Virus record (IMG/VR): IMGVR_UViG_3300005764_000027
Coordinates: 1-46,689 of that record
Origin: a virus
Lineage: Duplodnaviria; Caudoviricetes
Direction: 5' to 3' (one strand)
Length of the DNA stretch: 46,689 nucleotides
Numbering within the stretch: position 1 is the stretch's first letter; the number at the start of each line of letters is the position of its first letter. The position numbers were made by a program, and so were the translations under genes. This document shows, piece after piece, positions 28,566 to 37,314 of the stretch. The notes under the pieces are model-generated. The model was not told the DNA's origin. It worked only from the letters and a program-made list of their open reading frames with translations, and made no database searches.

Positions 28566-30872
28566 TTACCATGTGACGTTTTGGACCCAAGTGACCATGC
28601 CGGTCCGACGCATCGCCCAATTGAGCGGCATGACCATCCGGAGCGCGAGCGAGTCCGTCTGGAACAGAGAGCGTTGCGGCGAGGCGACGGTCCCGGGCGA
28701 GCCGGTCCCGACAAGCTCGGCCGGGGACGTGTCCTCCATGTGGATCGTGGCAGAATCGCTTATGTCGAAGCGAGGAGCTCCGCCACCGATGGAGACGAAG
28801 TCCGCGGCGTCGACGAGGATCAACGTCTTCACTGGCACCGTCGAGGAGTCGATGAACGGGATATTCCCGAGAGTCCCGCGCGAGATCTCCTCCTTGAACG
28901 GATAGACGCCGGTCGCCGACGCGCCAGTGAGCGACGCGGAGAGGACTTGCGCGGGGTTGATTAGCCAGACGAGGTTGCGGACGTTGCCATAGCTCGACGT
29001 GACGATCCCGCCGACGAGTTGGAGGATATCGCCGACGAGCGCGCCGAGACCGCCGCCGGTCGTCGCGGTGAGCGCGGAGACGCCGTTGAGGAGACCCGCG
29101 GGACGGATCACGGTCGCCGCGTTGGCGTCGATCAAGAGCGAATCGACGACGACGCTCGTATCGTCCTGGATCGCCTCGCGGATGACGCCCTCGATGGCTG
29201 GCGTACTCGCGTCTTCCATTTCTTTCGTCCAGACCGAGATAACCCCCACCTTCTTTCTCGTGAATTGAATCGACGTGAAAGCGCCCTGGCGGACGGGGAT
29301 CGGCATTCCTTCACCAACGAAGCTCCCGGCGAGCGACGGGGTGCGCTGGCGTCCCGGGATGACGATGCGTCCCGCGTTGCCGAAGTCGAGCGAGAGACCG
29401 CGAGGAGCGAGCCGCGTCAACAATGCCTTGGGCATGAGAAGCGGGAGGAGCGCCTCGTATCTCGGCTGGACGAGCTCGGCCGCCCATCCGGTGACGGTCG
29501 TCATCGCCGGAGCGACCGCGGACCGACAGACAATGTCGCAAATCTCGCGGGTCTCGAGGTCATCGCCATAGATGCGCCCGCGGGCGGCCTCCATGGGGAT
29601 ATTCCATTCCTTCGCGCGGATCGTCACAACGCCCGCGCGCGCGAGGAGATCGACGAGCGTGAAGTCCTTCGGCCTCCCGCGCGAATGCACGACCGGGGAT
29701 TTGATCTCCGCGCGATCCTGGCCGTTGCCGTTGGGTCGACGCTGGTCATGGACCACGGTGAGCTCACGGCTCCGACCGCCGTCGCCGTTGCCCTCCGTCG
29801 TCTTCGCGAGACGCTTCTCGGATTCGATCAATCCGGCGTGCGCCTTCTCCAGACGGGCAAGGTCCGCGTTGAGATCGTTCATCTCGGTAAGCTCGGCGTC
29901 CTTGACGTCCGAGTCGTCCATCTTCGCCAAGAGCGCGTCGAGCGCGTCACGCTTGGCCGTGATCGACGCCTCGACATTGATAATACGTTGGGCGAGCGTC
30001 ATCGCTCCCCTCCTATCGTTACGATGCTGCGGGTCGCCATGCTTGGCGCGGAGGTCCCGCCGCCTGGTCGTCGCGTCTTCCGTGCCATGCTTGGCGAAGA
30101 CGAGCCGCAAGGTGTCGGGAGATACGCCGAAACTTTTCGCGACCGCGAGCGCGTTGGGGTTTGCGGGCACGGCCACGAGTGAAGTCTCGACAAGCTCGGA
30201 TTTTGTATAGCGGACCCCGGCCCAGGGGTCCTTTGCGTCCAGGGGTTCATGCTCCATTGGCTTAAAGCCGACGGAGACGGCGCGGAGAATTCCGGCCTCG
30301 ACGAGACGTCGGATCTCGTCGATCCGATCCGACGTCCCTTCCTTCGCGAGCTCCAGATCGCCGCGGAGACCGTTCTTCTCGATCCGCAAATTCTTCCACG
30401 TTCCGACGATGAATCGCGCATCGTGGGAAAAAAGTGCGACCGGGTTTTTTTTGAAGTTGTCTAATTCCCAGCCCTCGACCGCGATGATATCGCCATAGCG
30501 ATCCGGCGTTGCATCGGAGAGGACAAACGAAAGCGGATCGCCGCCGGCGTTCTCGGCGTGCGTCTTCGTGATGACCGGCGACGTCATGCGGCTCTCCCAT
30601 TCGGTCTGGCAAATGTCTTCGGCTTCGCTCTCGTCCATGTCCTCGTTCTCGTCGAGGACCTCCTGGACGCAACGGTCGATATAATCGCCATGGCTCTCGC
30701 CCGGATCGACGGGCGGCGCTTGGCGGAGCGCCTTGTCCTTGTTTTTCCAGATATCGAGACAGATCGCGACGCATTGGTCATTCGAGCGCGACGGATCGGA
30801 TTTCTTCATCTCCGGGACGCATCGCGCCATGAAAGCGGACTGGCTCTCGTCCTTGTGCGGTGTCATCGGCAT
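28566..30872 (-). CDS. Prohead protease-major capsid protein fusion (HK97 fold)
   Basis: DRYGDII, NPVALFSHD, AVSVGF and LVETSLVAVPANPNAL protease motifs; coiled scaffold; FVGEG.PIP and PAGLLNG capsid motifs. Confidence 0.95.
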   Translation of the reverse strand: MPMTPHKDESQSAFMARCVPEMKKSDPSRSNDQCVAICLDIWKNKDKALRQAPPVDPGESHGDYIDRCVQEVLDENEDMDESEAEDICQTEWESRMTSPVITKTHAENAGGDPLSFVLSDATPDRYGDIIAVEGWELDNFKKNPVALFSHDARFIVGTWKNLRIEKNGLRGDLELAKEGTSDRIDEIRRLVEAGILRAVSVGFKPMEHEPLDAKDPWAGVRYTKSELVETSLVAVPANPNALAVAKSFGVSPDTLRLVFAKHGTEDATTRRRDLRAKHGDPQHRNDRRGAMTLAQRIINVEASITAKRDALDALLAKMDDSDVKDAELTEMNDLNADLARLEKAHAGLIESEKRLAKTTEGNGDGGRSRELTVVHDQRRPNGNGQDRAEIKSPVVHSRGRPKDFTLVDLLARAGVVTIRAKEWNIPMEAARGRIYGDDLETREICDIVCRSAVAPAMTTVTGWAAELVQPRYEALLPLLMPKALLTRLAPRGLSLDFGNAGRIVIPGRQRTPSLAGSFVGEGMPIPVRQGAFTSIQFTRKKVGVISVWTKEMEDASTPAIEGVIREAIQDDTSVVVDSLLIDANAATVIRPAGLLNGVSALTATTGGGLGALVGDILQLVGGIVTSSYGNVRNLVWLINPAQVLSASLTGASATGVYPFKEEISRGTLGNIPFIDSSTVPVKTLILVDAADFVSIGGGAPRFDISDSATIHMEDTSPAELVGTGSPGTVASPQRSLFQTDSLALRMVMPLNWAMRRTGMVTWVQNVTW

Positions 30873-30883
30873 GGCGCGGCCTC

Positions 30884-31249
30884 CTAGATGATCCCAAGGG
30901 AGAAGACTCTTTCGGCCTCTTGCGGGATAGGATTGTTGCGCGACCCCGACCGGATTTTGAGATAGAGCGCGGCGTTAGTGAGATCGGAGGGAAGGACGAT
31001 TGCGGTCCCGGCGACGACCGCCGAGAGCGCCTCGTGTCCTTCGTAAAACAGATCGCCCCAGGTCTGATTATCGACCGAGACGAGGAAACTGACATTCGCC
31101 GCGGTCCATTCCGCGGGCGCGACGACCATCGCGACCGATCCGGTCGTGAGATCAATCGAGTCCGAAAGGAATTCGCCCGCGCGGATTGTCGCCGTTGTCA
31201 CGGCGACCGGCTTCTCTTGTTTGATCGGGGTTTCGTCGACCATATCCAC
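30884..31249 (-). CDS. Hypothetical beta-rich virion protein
   Basis: TATIRAGEFLSDSIDL...PAEWTAANVSFLVSVD...LKIRSG; possible head decoration. Confidence 0.65.
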   Translation of the reverse strand: MDMVDETPIKQEKPVAVTTATIRAGEFLSDSIDLTTGSVAMVVAPAEWTAANVSFLVSVDNQTWGDLFYEGHEALSAVVAGTAIVLPSDLTNAALYLKIRSGSRNNPIPQEAERVFSLGII

Positions 31250-31456
31250 ATCCCTCCCTTGTGCGCTCGGCCCGACTCAGACCAGATCGCCGCCCTTATC
31301 GAGACTCGTCCTCTCGCTGGTCCCCGCCCGCCGCACGGATGGAGGACCGGCCCGCGCCGCGGCCCCTTTGCCGCGGCGCTTTTCATAGGTGGGAGGCGGA
31401 CGCCCAGGAGGACCGCAAGGACGCCCGCCCCCCGTTTCCCGTCGACGGGAGGTCGT

Positions 31457-32533
31457 CTATGGCGCTTTCCACGCTGGCGTCATCCAGGCGAAGCCCCGGG
31501 AATCGCGGAGCGCCCAGGAGAGCGGCCAGCGCATTTTGATCGCGATGGAATCGGTCTGGAAAATGGATCGCTCCGGCCCCGCCGTCCCGGCCGCTCCGGG
31601 CGCGGTGTCGTCCATCACGACCGTCCCCGCCGTCGAGGTCTCGATCATCGGCTCCGGAGCCGCCGCCATTGCGAGCGCCTCCGGCGCAACGGCGAGGAGA
31701 TCGTTAATGACCGCGCTCGATCCCAGGAAGGTGATATTTGCGGCGTCGCCGTATTCCATCGCGAGCATGGCCGCGCGCCCGGGCGATCCGATGATGATGT
31801 AAGGCCCATTGCCCGCGACCGGCGCGAGCGCGTTGATTAGGGTCGCGATATCCTCCCGCGCCGCGTCCTCGGCGAAGGTGTTTGCGCTCGGCGTCGACGC
31901 CGCGACGCCATTGCGGAGGCCCGCTGGCCGATTGGCCGCCGCGGGATTGCCGTCGAATAGGATCTCGTCCGCGATCCGGCCCGCGGCCTTCATGAGCGCG
32001 TCGGAGACGAGCGCCTCGGCGTTGCTGCTATCGATCATCTCGCGCGTGAGGACGACGATCACGGCGAGCTTGTGCGGATCGATGGTCTTCGGGGAGAGCG
32101 TCAACATGCGGACCGGGATCGGCTGGCCCTCGGCGACCCATCCGGTATTGCCGAAGTCCGCGACCAGACCGGGGACGGTGATATGACCGAAGCCATCGAA
32201 CGAGAGGCGGAGCGCGCGGGAGAGAATTTCGCGCGCGGCCGATGCGGGACCCATCGCGGTCAAGCCGTCGGCGACCATCGTCGGCGCGAGCTCCGCGGCC
32301 CATCCCGCGACGCTGGTCATCGCGGGCGCGACCGCCGCGCGCGTGATCCATTCCGCGGCGATGCGATCATTCGGGAAGCGCGCGCGTACGACCTCGAGCG
32401 CGGAGATCCTCGACGTTTGCGCGATGATCCTCGCGGTCGCGACGCGGACGAATTGATTTGCGGGCGGCAGCTGCAACGGCGACGCGGCCTCGCGCTTGAA
32501 CGGAATGACGCTTTCCTGTTGCTGCATTGTCAT
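31457..32533 (-). CDS. Second HK97-fold capsid protein (paralog, no protease/scaffold)
   Basis: RAAVAPAMTSVAGWAAEL, WVAEGQPIPVR, RPAGLRNGV and RSIFQTDSIAIKMRWPLSWA align with the MCP domain; ATGA overlap start. Confidence 0.88.
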   Translation of the reverse strand: MTMQQQESVIPFKREAASPLQLPPANQFVRVATARIIAQTSRISALEVVRARFPNDRIAAEWITRAAVAPAMTSVAGWAAELAPTMVADGLTAMGPASAAREILSRALRLSFDGFGHITVPGLVADFGNTGWVAEGQPIPVRMLTLSPKTIDPHKLAVIVVLTREMIDSSNAEALVSDALMKAAGRIADEILFDGNPAAANRPAGLRNGVAASTPSANTFAEDAAREDIATLINALAPVAGNGPYIIIGSPGRAAMLAMEYGDAANITFLGSSAVINDLLAVAPEALAMAAAPEPMIETSTAGTVVMDDTAPGAAGTAGPERSIFQTDSIAIKMRWPLSWALRDSRGFAWMTPAWKAP

Positions 32534-33117
32534 CGCCTTTCGTATGCGAGCCACGTCCCCTCGACGTGACGGATATCCGCGCCGAGATCACGGTCGAGCT
32601 CGAGGACGCGAGTGACCTCGACTCCGTTGTTATGATAATCGTGCCAGATAATGATCCCTCCGGCCCGGACGACCGCGCGCGCGAGGTTGCTATCGTGGCG
32701 GACCGCTTCGCTCGAATGATCCCCGTCGATAAACATCGCGTCGATCTCCGGGAAATCATCCGGGATTAGATCGAGACTCCCGCATGGGAGAAGCCATCTA
32801 TCGAAGCGCGAATCCGGGAGCGCGAGATGGCCGGGATTAGGACCGCGCTCCGACCATTGGCTCGCGATCTTCGTTCGATATCCGGGATCGGTGTCGACCC
32901 CGATGTATCGCTCCAGATCGGGAATCTCGCGGAGGATTGCCTTCGCCGTCCGTCCCGCGGCGAGCCCGATCTCGACCATGATCTTCGGCTCGACGGAGCG
33001 AACCAGGGCGATGATGATTTCCAACTCCCCGGCGTTGAGATACTCGCGCGGCAAGCCCGTCCAATTGACCGGCCGGACGGCGATCTCGTTCCGCGGCGTG
33101 ATCGGGAGAGTCAGCAT
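32530..33117 (-). CDS. Class I SAM-dependent methyltransferase (Methyltransf_24-like)
   Basis: MVEIGLAAGRT, YIGVD and DAMFIDGDHSSEAVRHD...GGIIIWHDY motifs. Confidence 0.88.
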   Translation of the reverse strand: MLTLPITPRNEIAVRPVNWTGLPREYLNAGELEIIIALVRSVEPKIMVEIGLAAGRTAKAILREIPDLERYIGVDTDPGYRTKIASQWSERGPNPGHLALPDSRFDRWLLPCGSLDLIPDDFPEIDAMFIDGDHSSEAVRHDSNLARAVVRAGGIIIWHDYHNNGVEVTRVLELDRDLGADIRHVEGTWLAYERR

Positions 33118-34301
33118 TGCGCGAGCGCGCTCCCCCAATCGCCGGGAGACGCCTGGATCGCGAGCTTCATGGTCGGATACCAGGGATGACTCCATCTCCA
33201 GGAATGCCAATGCGAGAGGAGCGCGGTGACGCGCGGATGACCGATGGCTCCGGCGAGATGGAGCGCCGCGGTATCGATGGCGATGATCTCGTCCATCTGG
33301 ATCATGAGGCCCGCGCATTCGCCGAAGTCCGCGAATTCGTGCGCGACGACGCCGTGCGCCGTCGCCTCGTCGTCGCCTTGCGCCTGGACGCTGTGAAGCT
33401 CGACGTCGGGACCGCCTATCGCGTCGACGAGGAGCTCGATCGGTATCTCGCGCGGATAGTCGTCATCGTGCGCGACGCCGACCGACCACGCGATCCCGAT
33501 GCGGCGACGACCGTCGTCCTCGCACATCGGTCCCGGCAACGGCATGAGATATGGAGGATCGGCAATCGACTCCGGCATGAAGCGGAGGAGATGGAGGAAC
33601 GAGCAAAAATAATCCGCCTCCAGGACGCGGAGCGTGTTCGCCGTGACCGGTGCGATCTGACTGGCGAGACGAGTGAGCTCACTCCGACACATGATGATCG
33701 GCTCCGCGCCCATCGTGCGGAGGACCGGGACATATCGGAGCATCTGGATCGTATCGCCGAATCCGTGATCGTCGAGGAGGAGGATGCGCTTGCCGCCGAG
33801 ATCCTCCCCGCGCCATGGCCGGAGGCCCGCCTCGATTGCCGCGCGATGCATCGGCCGCATGAAGCGCGGAGCCTCGCGCTCGATCTGGACGAGGTCCTCG
33901 AGACCTTCGAACCATCGGCCAAGATGGAGGAACGCAAACGCGCGATTGAATTGCGCGACATGCGTCGGCGCGATGGAGAGCGCGGCATTGCTCCGCGCCA
34001 GCGCCGCCTCGAATTGGCTCTCGCGCATGAACGCGCGCGCATGCTCGACGTTGCGAATGTATTCGGTGACGCAACGCGGCTCCGCCTCCGGGACCTGGCG
34101 TCGGCCGTAAGGCTCGCCGCCGCGCGTGATGATGATCTCCTCCGGGACGCGCGCGCGCTCGCCGGTCTGTCCCTTGACGTCGAGGACCTCGCCCGCTTGC
34201 GTCAAGCCGCGCCAGCCCGTCTCCGTCTCCTCGCATGCGAGGAGAGGCTCGAGCTCCTGGAGCGGCTCGCCGAAACCGGCCTTTTGCAGAATGAGCGGCA
34301 T
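33111..34301 (-). CDS. TPR-containing glycosyltransferase (GT9-like GT-B)
   Basis: TPR-like helices; PWRGEDLGGKRILL..HGFGDTIQMLRY; RIGIAWS; IAIDTAALHLAGAIG; WRW..PWYPTM...Q..PGDW. Confidence 0.82.
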   Translation of the reverse strand: MPLILQKAGFGEPLQELEPLLACEETETGWRGLTQAGEVLDVKGQTGERARVPEEIIITRGGEPYGRRQVPEAEPRCVTEYIRNVEHARAFMRESQFEAALARSNAALSIAPTHVAQFNRAFAFLHLGRWFEGLEDLVQIEREAPRFMRPMHRAAIEAGLRPWRGEDLGGKRILLLDDHGFGDTIQMLRYVPVLRTMGAEPIIMCRSELTRLASQIAPVTANTLRVLEADYFCSFLHLLRFMPESIADPPYLMPLPGPMCEDDGRRRIGIAWSVGVAHDDDYPREIPIELLVDAIGGPDVELHSVQAQGDDEATAHGVVAHEFADFGECAGLMIQMDEIIAIDTAALHLAGAIGHPRVTALLSHWHSWRWSHPWYPTMKLAIQASPGDWGSALAQC

Positions 34302-34307
34302 GTCCGA

Positions 34308-35948
34308 TTATCCGATCAATGATCCGACGTCGACCTCGCCCGCGCGGTCCCGCGCTTTGAGACCCAACATCATTGCGAGCGCGACCGCGCCGTCGATCCG
34401 GAATCGTGCCTTGTCCTTGTCGAGCTTTCGATTCCCCGATGGGTCCATGGTCGCGACGGCGTTCGCCATGTTCCATGTGAGGACCGGATTTGCGTCGTGA
34501 ACGAGCGTCCGCTCGGTGACCGCAAGCTCGAATGCGTCAATCGCCGGAGCCATGTCCTTGTATCCCTGGCCCCATGGCACGATCCGGATTCCCGCGCCCG
34601 ACAGATATCCGCGCGTGCGAAGGATCGTCTCCGTGTCCTCGTCCTTGTATGCCTGGAGACCGATGGCGTCGAAATATCGGAGGAGATCATTCATCCGCCA
34701 GCGATCATAAGCGAGGCCGCGGATCGTATAGGTGTTGTGAAGCTCGGCGATCTTTCGCGCGATGGTCTCCGGATTGATGCTCCGTCCTGGCGACGTGAGA
34801 AGATGACCCTCCGCGGCCCAATGCACATAACGGAGATTGCCCGTCCCGAAGTCCCGGTTTGAATGCTCCTCCAGCAAGTCGGCCGGTTTGAACAGGAACG
34901 GTTTGACGCGCGTCGCATCGGCAGCTGATCCCATGACGAGCGCGGAGAGATCGATCACGCTCGACAGATCGAGTCCGAGATAGACCTCCTCGCCGGGAGA
35001 GAATTCGACCGCGTCGCCCGCGCATTCCATCCAGTCCGCGCGCGCGATCAATGTCGCCGTCGGATTCACGCGCTGGTTCAAAAACAAATTCCGGACCTTC
35101 GGCTCCTCGGCGGGCATGCGGATTGCTTTGCGGATCGCGGTCTCGAGGTCCTCGCGGTCGCGGAAAACATCGAGCGCCGGATTTGCGCGCTTCCATTCGG
35201 CCTCGTCGTCGAGAGGGCAATCCTCCTTCGCCGCGAATAGGTGGCACATGATCGAAGGGTCCGATCCGGAGAGCGCGTCGTCGATCAAGATCGACAGGAT
35301 ATGCTCCGGGTCGTTCGATTGCGTCGAGATCACGATAAAGAGCGGCTCGCTCCGCGCGCCGAAAGACGTATCGAGGACGTCATAGAGATCGCGCGTCTTC
35401 GCCTGTGCGAGTTCGTCATAGATCACGACGCTCGGCATGTATCCATGTTTAGTGCCCGCCTCCGCGGAGATCGCGCGATAAACCGATCCGGTCGGCCGCG
35501 CGATCATCGTCTTCGTCGACGGAATGATTTGCACGAGCGCGAGGAGCTCGGCGTCGAGTTCGACGATCTGTTTCGCGAATTTGAAAACGATTGCCGCCTG
35601 GTCGCGGTCGTTCGCCGCGGAATAGATCTCGCCATTGGGGACCGCCTCCGGCCCGACGAGATGCGCGAGAGCGATGGCCGCGATCAAAGCGGTCTTGCCG
35701 TTTTTGCGCGCCATCGAAAGGATCGCGCGACGGACGACACGACGGCCGGCGCGATGCGGCTCGTAAATGTCGCGGATGAATTCCTTCTGCCAAGTGTCGA
35801 GCTTGAACGCGCGTCCCGCGCCGTGACCGCTCGGCACGGTGAGCTTTTGAATGAAGTTGATGACGCGCCGCGCGCGCGCCTTACCTTCCGAGCTCCTCTT
35901 AACCTCCGGGAATGAGACCGTCGAATTTAGAGCGCGGCGGATTTTCAT
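34308..35948 (-). CDS. terL: Terminase large subunit
   Basis: MARKNGKT Walker A, VIYDE Walker B, ISTQ, YLGLDLS nuclease, RIDGAVAL. Confidence 0.96.
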   Translation of the reverse strand: MKIRRALNSTVSFPEVKRSSEGKARARRVINFIQKLTVPSGHGAGRAFKLDTWQKEFIRDIYEPHRAGRRVVRRAILSMARKNGKTALIAAIALAHLVGPEAVPNGEIYSAANDRDQAAIVFKFAKQIVELDAELLALVQIIPSTKTMIARPTGSVYRAISAEAGTKHGYMPSVVIYDELAQAKTRDLYDVLDTSFGARSEPLFIVISTQSNDPEHILSILIDDALSGSDPSIMCHLFAAKEDCPLDDEAEWKRANPALDVFRDREDLETAIRKAIRMPAEEPKVRNLFLNQRVNPTATLIARADWMECAGDAVEFSPGEEVYLGLDLSSVIDLSALVMGSAADATRVKPFLFKPADLLEEHSNRDFGTGNLRYVHWAAEGHLLTSPGRSINPETIARKIAELHNTYTIRGLAYDRWRMNDLLRYFDAIGLQAYKDEDTETILRTRGYLSGAGIRIVPWGQGYKDMAPAIDAFELAVTERTLVHDANPVLTWNMANAVATMDPSGNRKLDKDKARFRIDGAVALAMMLGLKARDRAGEVDVGSLIG

Positions 35949-36384
35949 AGACTCCCGCGGCGATCCTTGCGCGGGCGAGAGGAGAGAGTCCGAATTCTCC
36001 GGCAAAGTTGACCATGTCCTTCGCGGCGACGCTCGCAACGCGAACGAGAGGATTGACGACGGGCGTTCCGTGCGCGCCGCGAATTAGAACGCCTTTCGTG
36101 ACGGGGTCCTTCTCCGCCATGGCCGCGAGCGTCGTCTCCGCTTCATGCCATCGCGCATATGCGTTGCAGTATGCCGCGAGGACGTTGAGATCGAGGCTCG
36201 TGACCAGACGGAGACGATACAAGGAGACGATGATGCGCCGCCACTCCGTTTGCGCGATCTCGCCCAGGAATGCCGGAGGATCGGGCGGCGCTTCCGGGAG
36301 GTCGGGGATCGGCTCCGGACGGAGCGCCCGTTTGCCCGGATTCCCCCGGAGGACCTTCAAAGCCAATGGCGTCGGGGCGTTCAT
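35899..36384 (-). CDS. terS: Terminase small subunit (P27 family)
   Basis: PTPLALKVLRGNPGKR, LAAYC.AYARW, NPLV and EFGLSPLARARI motifs. Confidence 0.92.
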   Translation of the reverse strand: MNAPTPLALKVLRGNPGKRALRPEPIPDLPEAPPDPPAFLGEIAQTEWRRIIVSLYRLRLVTSLDLNVLAAYCNAYARWHEAETTLAAMAEKDPVTKGVLIRGAHGTPVVNPLVRVASVAAKDMVNFAGEFGLSPLARARIAAGVYENPPRSKFDGLIPGG

Positions 36385-36399
36385 AAGCCAAATTCCCTC

Positions 36400-36455
36400 A
36401 TGATTAGCGCGACCTGGCCGGTAACTAGCCTGTGAAGCAAAAAGCGACAAGGACC
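36400..36455 (+). repeat. Upstream promoter cassette repeat, copy 1
   Basis: 41/56 ungapped identity with 39057-39112 (ATGATTAGCG...AAAGCGAC.AGGACC). Confidence 0.7.
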
Positions 36456-36458
36456 GCC

Positions 36459-36496
36459 TAGGACCCATTGACCGCTAGGACCGATGGGCCTAGATT
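36459..36496 (+). promoter_or_regulatory. Sigma70-type promoter P1 with TAGGACC boxes
   Basis: TTGACC (36468-73), 17 bp spacer, TAGATT (36491-96); TAGGACC at 36459 and 36476. Confidence 0.75.
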
Positions 36497-36512
36497 ACGG
36501 ACATTGAACGAC

Positions 36513-36599
36513 GGCGCTTTGGTCGCCTATCCCCGGGTCCCCTGAAAAGGACCGGCCCAGACACGAGAGACCCCGACGGGGCGGGGCGACCAAAGCGCC
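36513..36599 (+). ncRNA. Candidate structured leader/ncRNA
   Basis: Perfect 15-bp inverted repeat GGCGCTTTGGTCGCC/GGCGACCAAAGCGCC enclosing CCCCG/CGGGG and a GGTCC-CCTGAAAA-GGACC hairpin, just after P1. Confidence 0.5.
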
Positions 36600-36620
36600 A
36601 GAACAACCGGAGACTTTATC

Positions 36621-36818
36621 GTGAGCTTCATCATCGAGACCCGCCGGAGCGACCGCCACAAGTGGGAGCGATATGGCGAATTCAGGAACGAGATCGAATT
36701 CAAACGGGAGCTTCCGAATATCCAGGCGTTAGGACTCTACACGCGCCGCATTCCGCTCCCGACCGTCAATGGGAATTTGCAACCGCTTTCGGAGCGCCTG
36801 CCCCGGGCTCGGCAGTAA
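36621..36818 (+). CDS. Small early hypothetical protein
   Basis: GTG start with GGAG RBS; first ORF after P1. Confidence 0.55.
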   Translation: MSFIIETRRSDRHKWERYGEFRNEIEFKRELPNIQALGLYTRRIPLPTVNGNLQPLSERLPRARQ

Positions 36819-36875
36819 CGCGAGACTAGGCCCGCGACCTATCGGAGCGCCAATGCTCCGCCCCCTTCAACCCTT

Positions 36876-36896
36876 CAAGGGCATATGCCCGGGAGA
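36876..36896 (+). promoter_or_regulatory. Leader hairpin-RBS motif copy 1
   Basis: CAAGGGCATATGCCCGGGAGA, 5 nt before ATG 36902. Confidence 0.7.
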
Positions 36897-36901
36897 CGAC
36901 G

Positions 36902-37144
36902 ATGACCGAGACCCCCACCATCAAATTTCAAGTCGGCCAGACTTACGGCACGCGCTCGATCTGCGATTACGACACGATCTATCGCTTCGAGATCATCGCG
37001 CGGACCGCGAAGCAAATGACGATCCGCGAGCATGGCGAGACCTACAAGCGCGGCATCTTCGTCCGCGACGGCGTCGAATGCTGCAAACCCCACGGCACCT
37101 ATTCCATGTGCGCCGTGATCCGCGCCGATAAGACCGTCTGGTGA
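36902..37144 (+). CDS. Small early hypothetical protein
   Basis: FQVGQTYGTRSICDYD..Y.FEIIARTAK pattern; strong RBS. Confidence 0.8.
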   Translation: MTETPTIKFQVGQTYGTRSICDYDTIYRFEIIARTAKQMTIREHGETYKRGIFVRDGVECCKPHGTYSMCAVIRADKTVW

Positions 37145-37314
37145 GCGTCATGACCCGCTGGCTCGGCAATGCCTCCAAGGCGCTCTCCATCGCCGCGATC
37201 CTCGGCCTCATGTGGCTCGCGGCCATCGCCCACACGCCCCACGTCGAATGCGGCTCGACCAATCTCGGTCCGCTCGTCGCCGTGACATGCGTCACGCTTA
37301 GGAGCCCGTCATGA
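37141..37314 (+). CDS. Small membrane protein
   Basis: Below ORF cutoff; MSVMTRWLGNASKALSIAAILGLMWLAAIAH...; GTGA and ATGA overlaps with neighbours. Confidence 0.55.
   Translation: MSVMTRWLGNASKALSIAAILGLMWLAAIAHTPHVECGSTNLGPLVAVTCVTLRSPS

Noticed and set aside
36-35915. Numerous Arg/Ser-rich overlapping ORFs on the plus strand and in alternative frames
   Set aside because: Expected stop-codon scarcity at high GC; they overlap well-supported structural genes
36513-36600. tRNA or hammerhead ribozyme
   Set aside because: The terminal CCA is part of the stem, there are no T/D-arm consensus motifs, and CTGAAAA does not fit the CUGANGA...GAAA core
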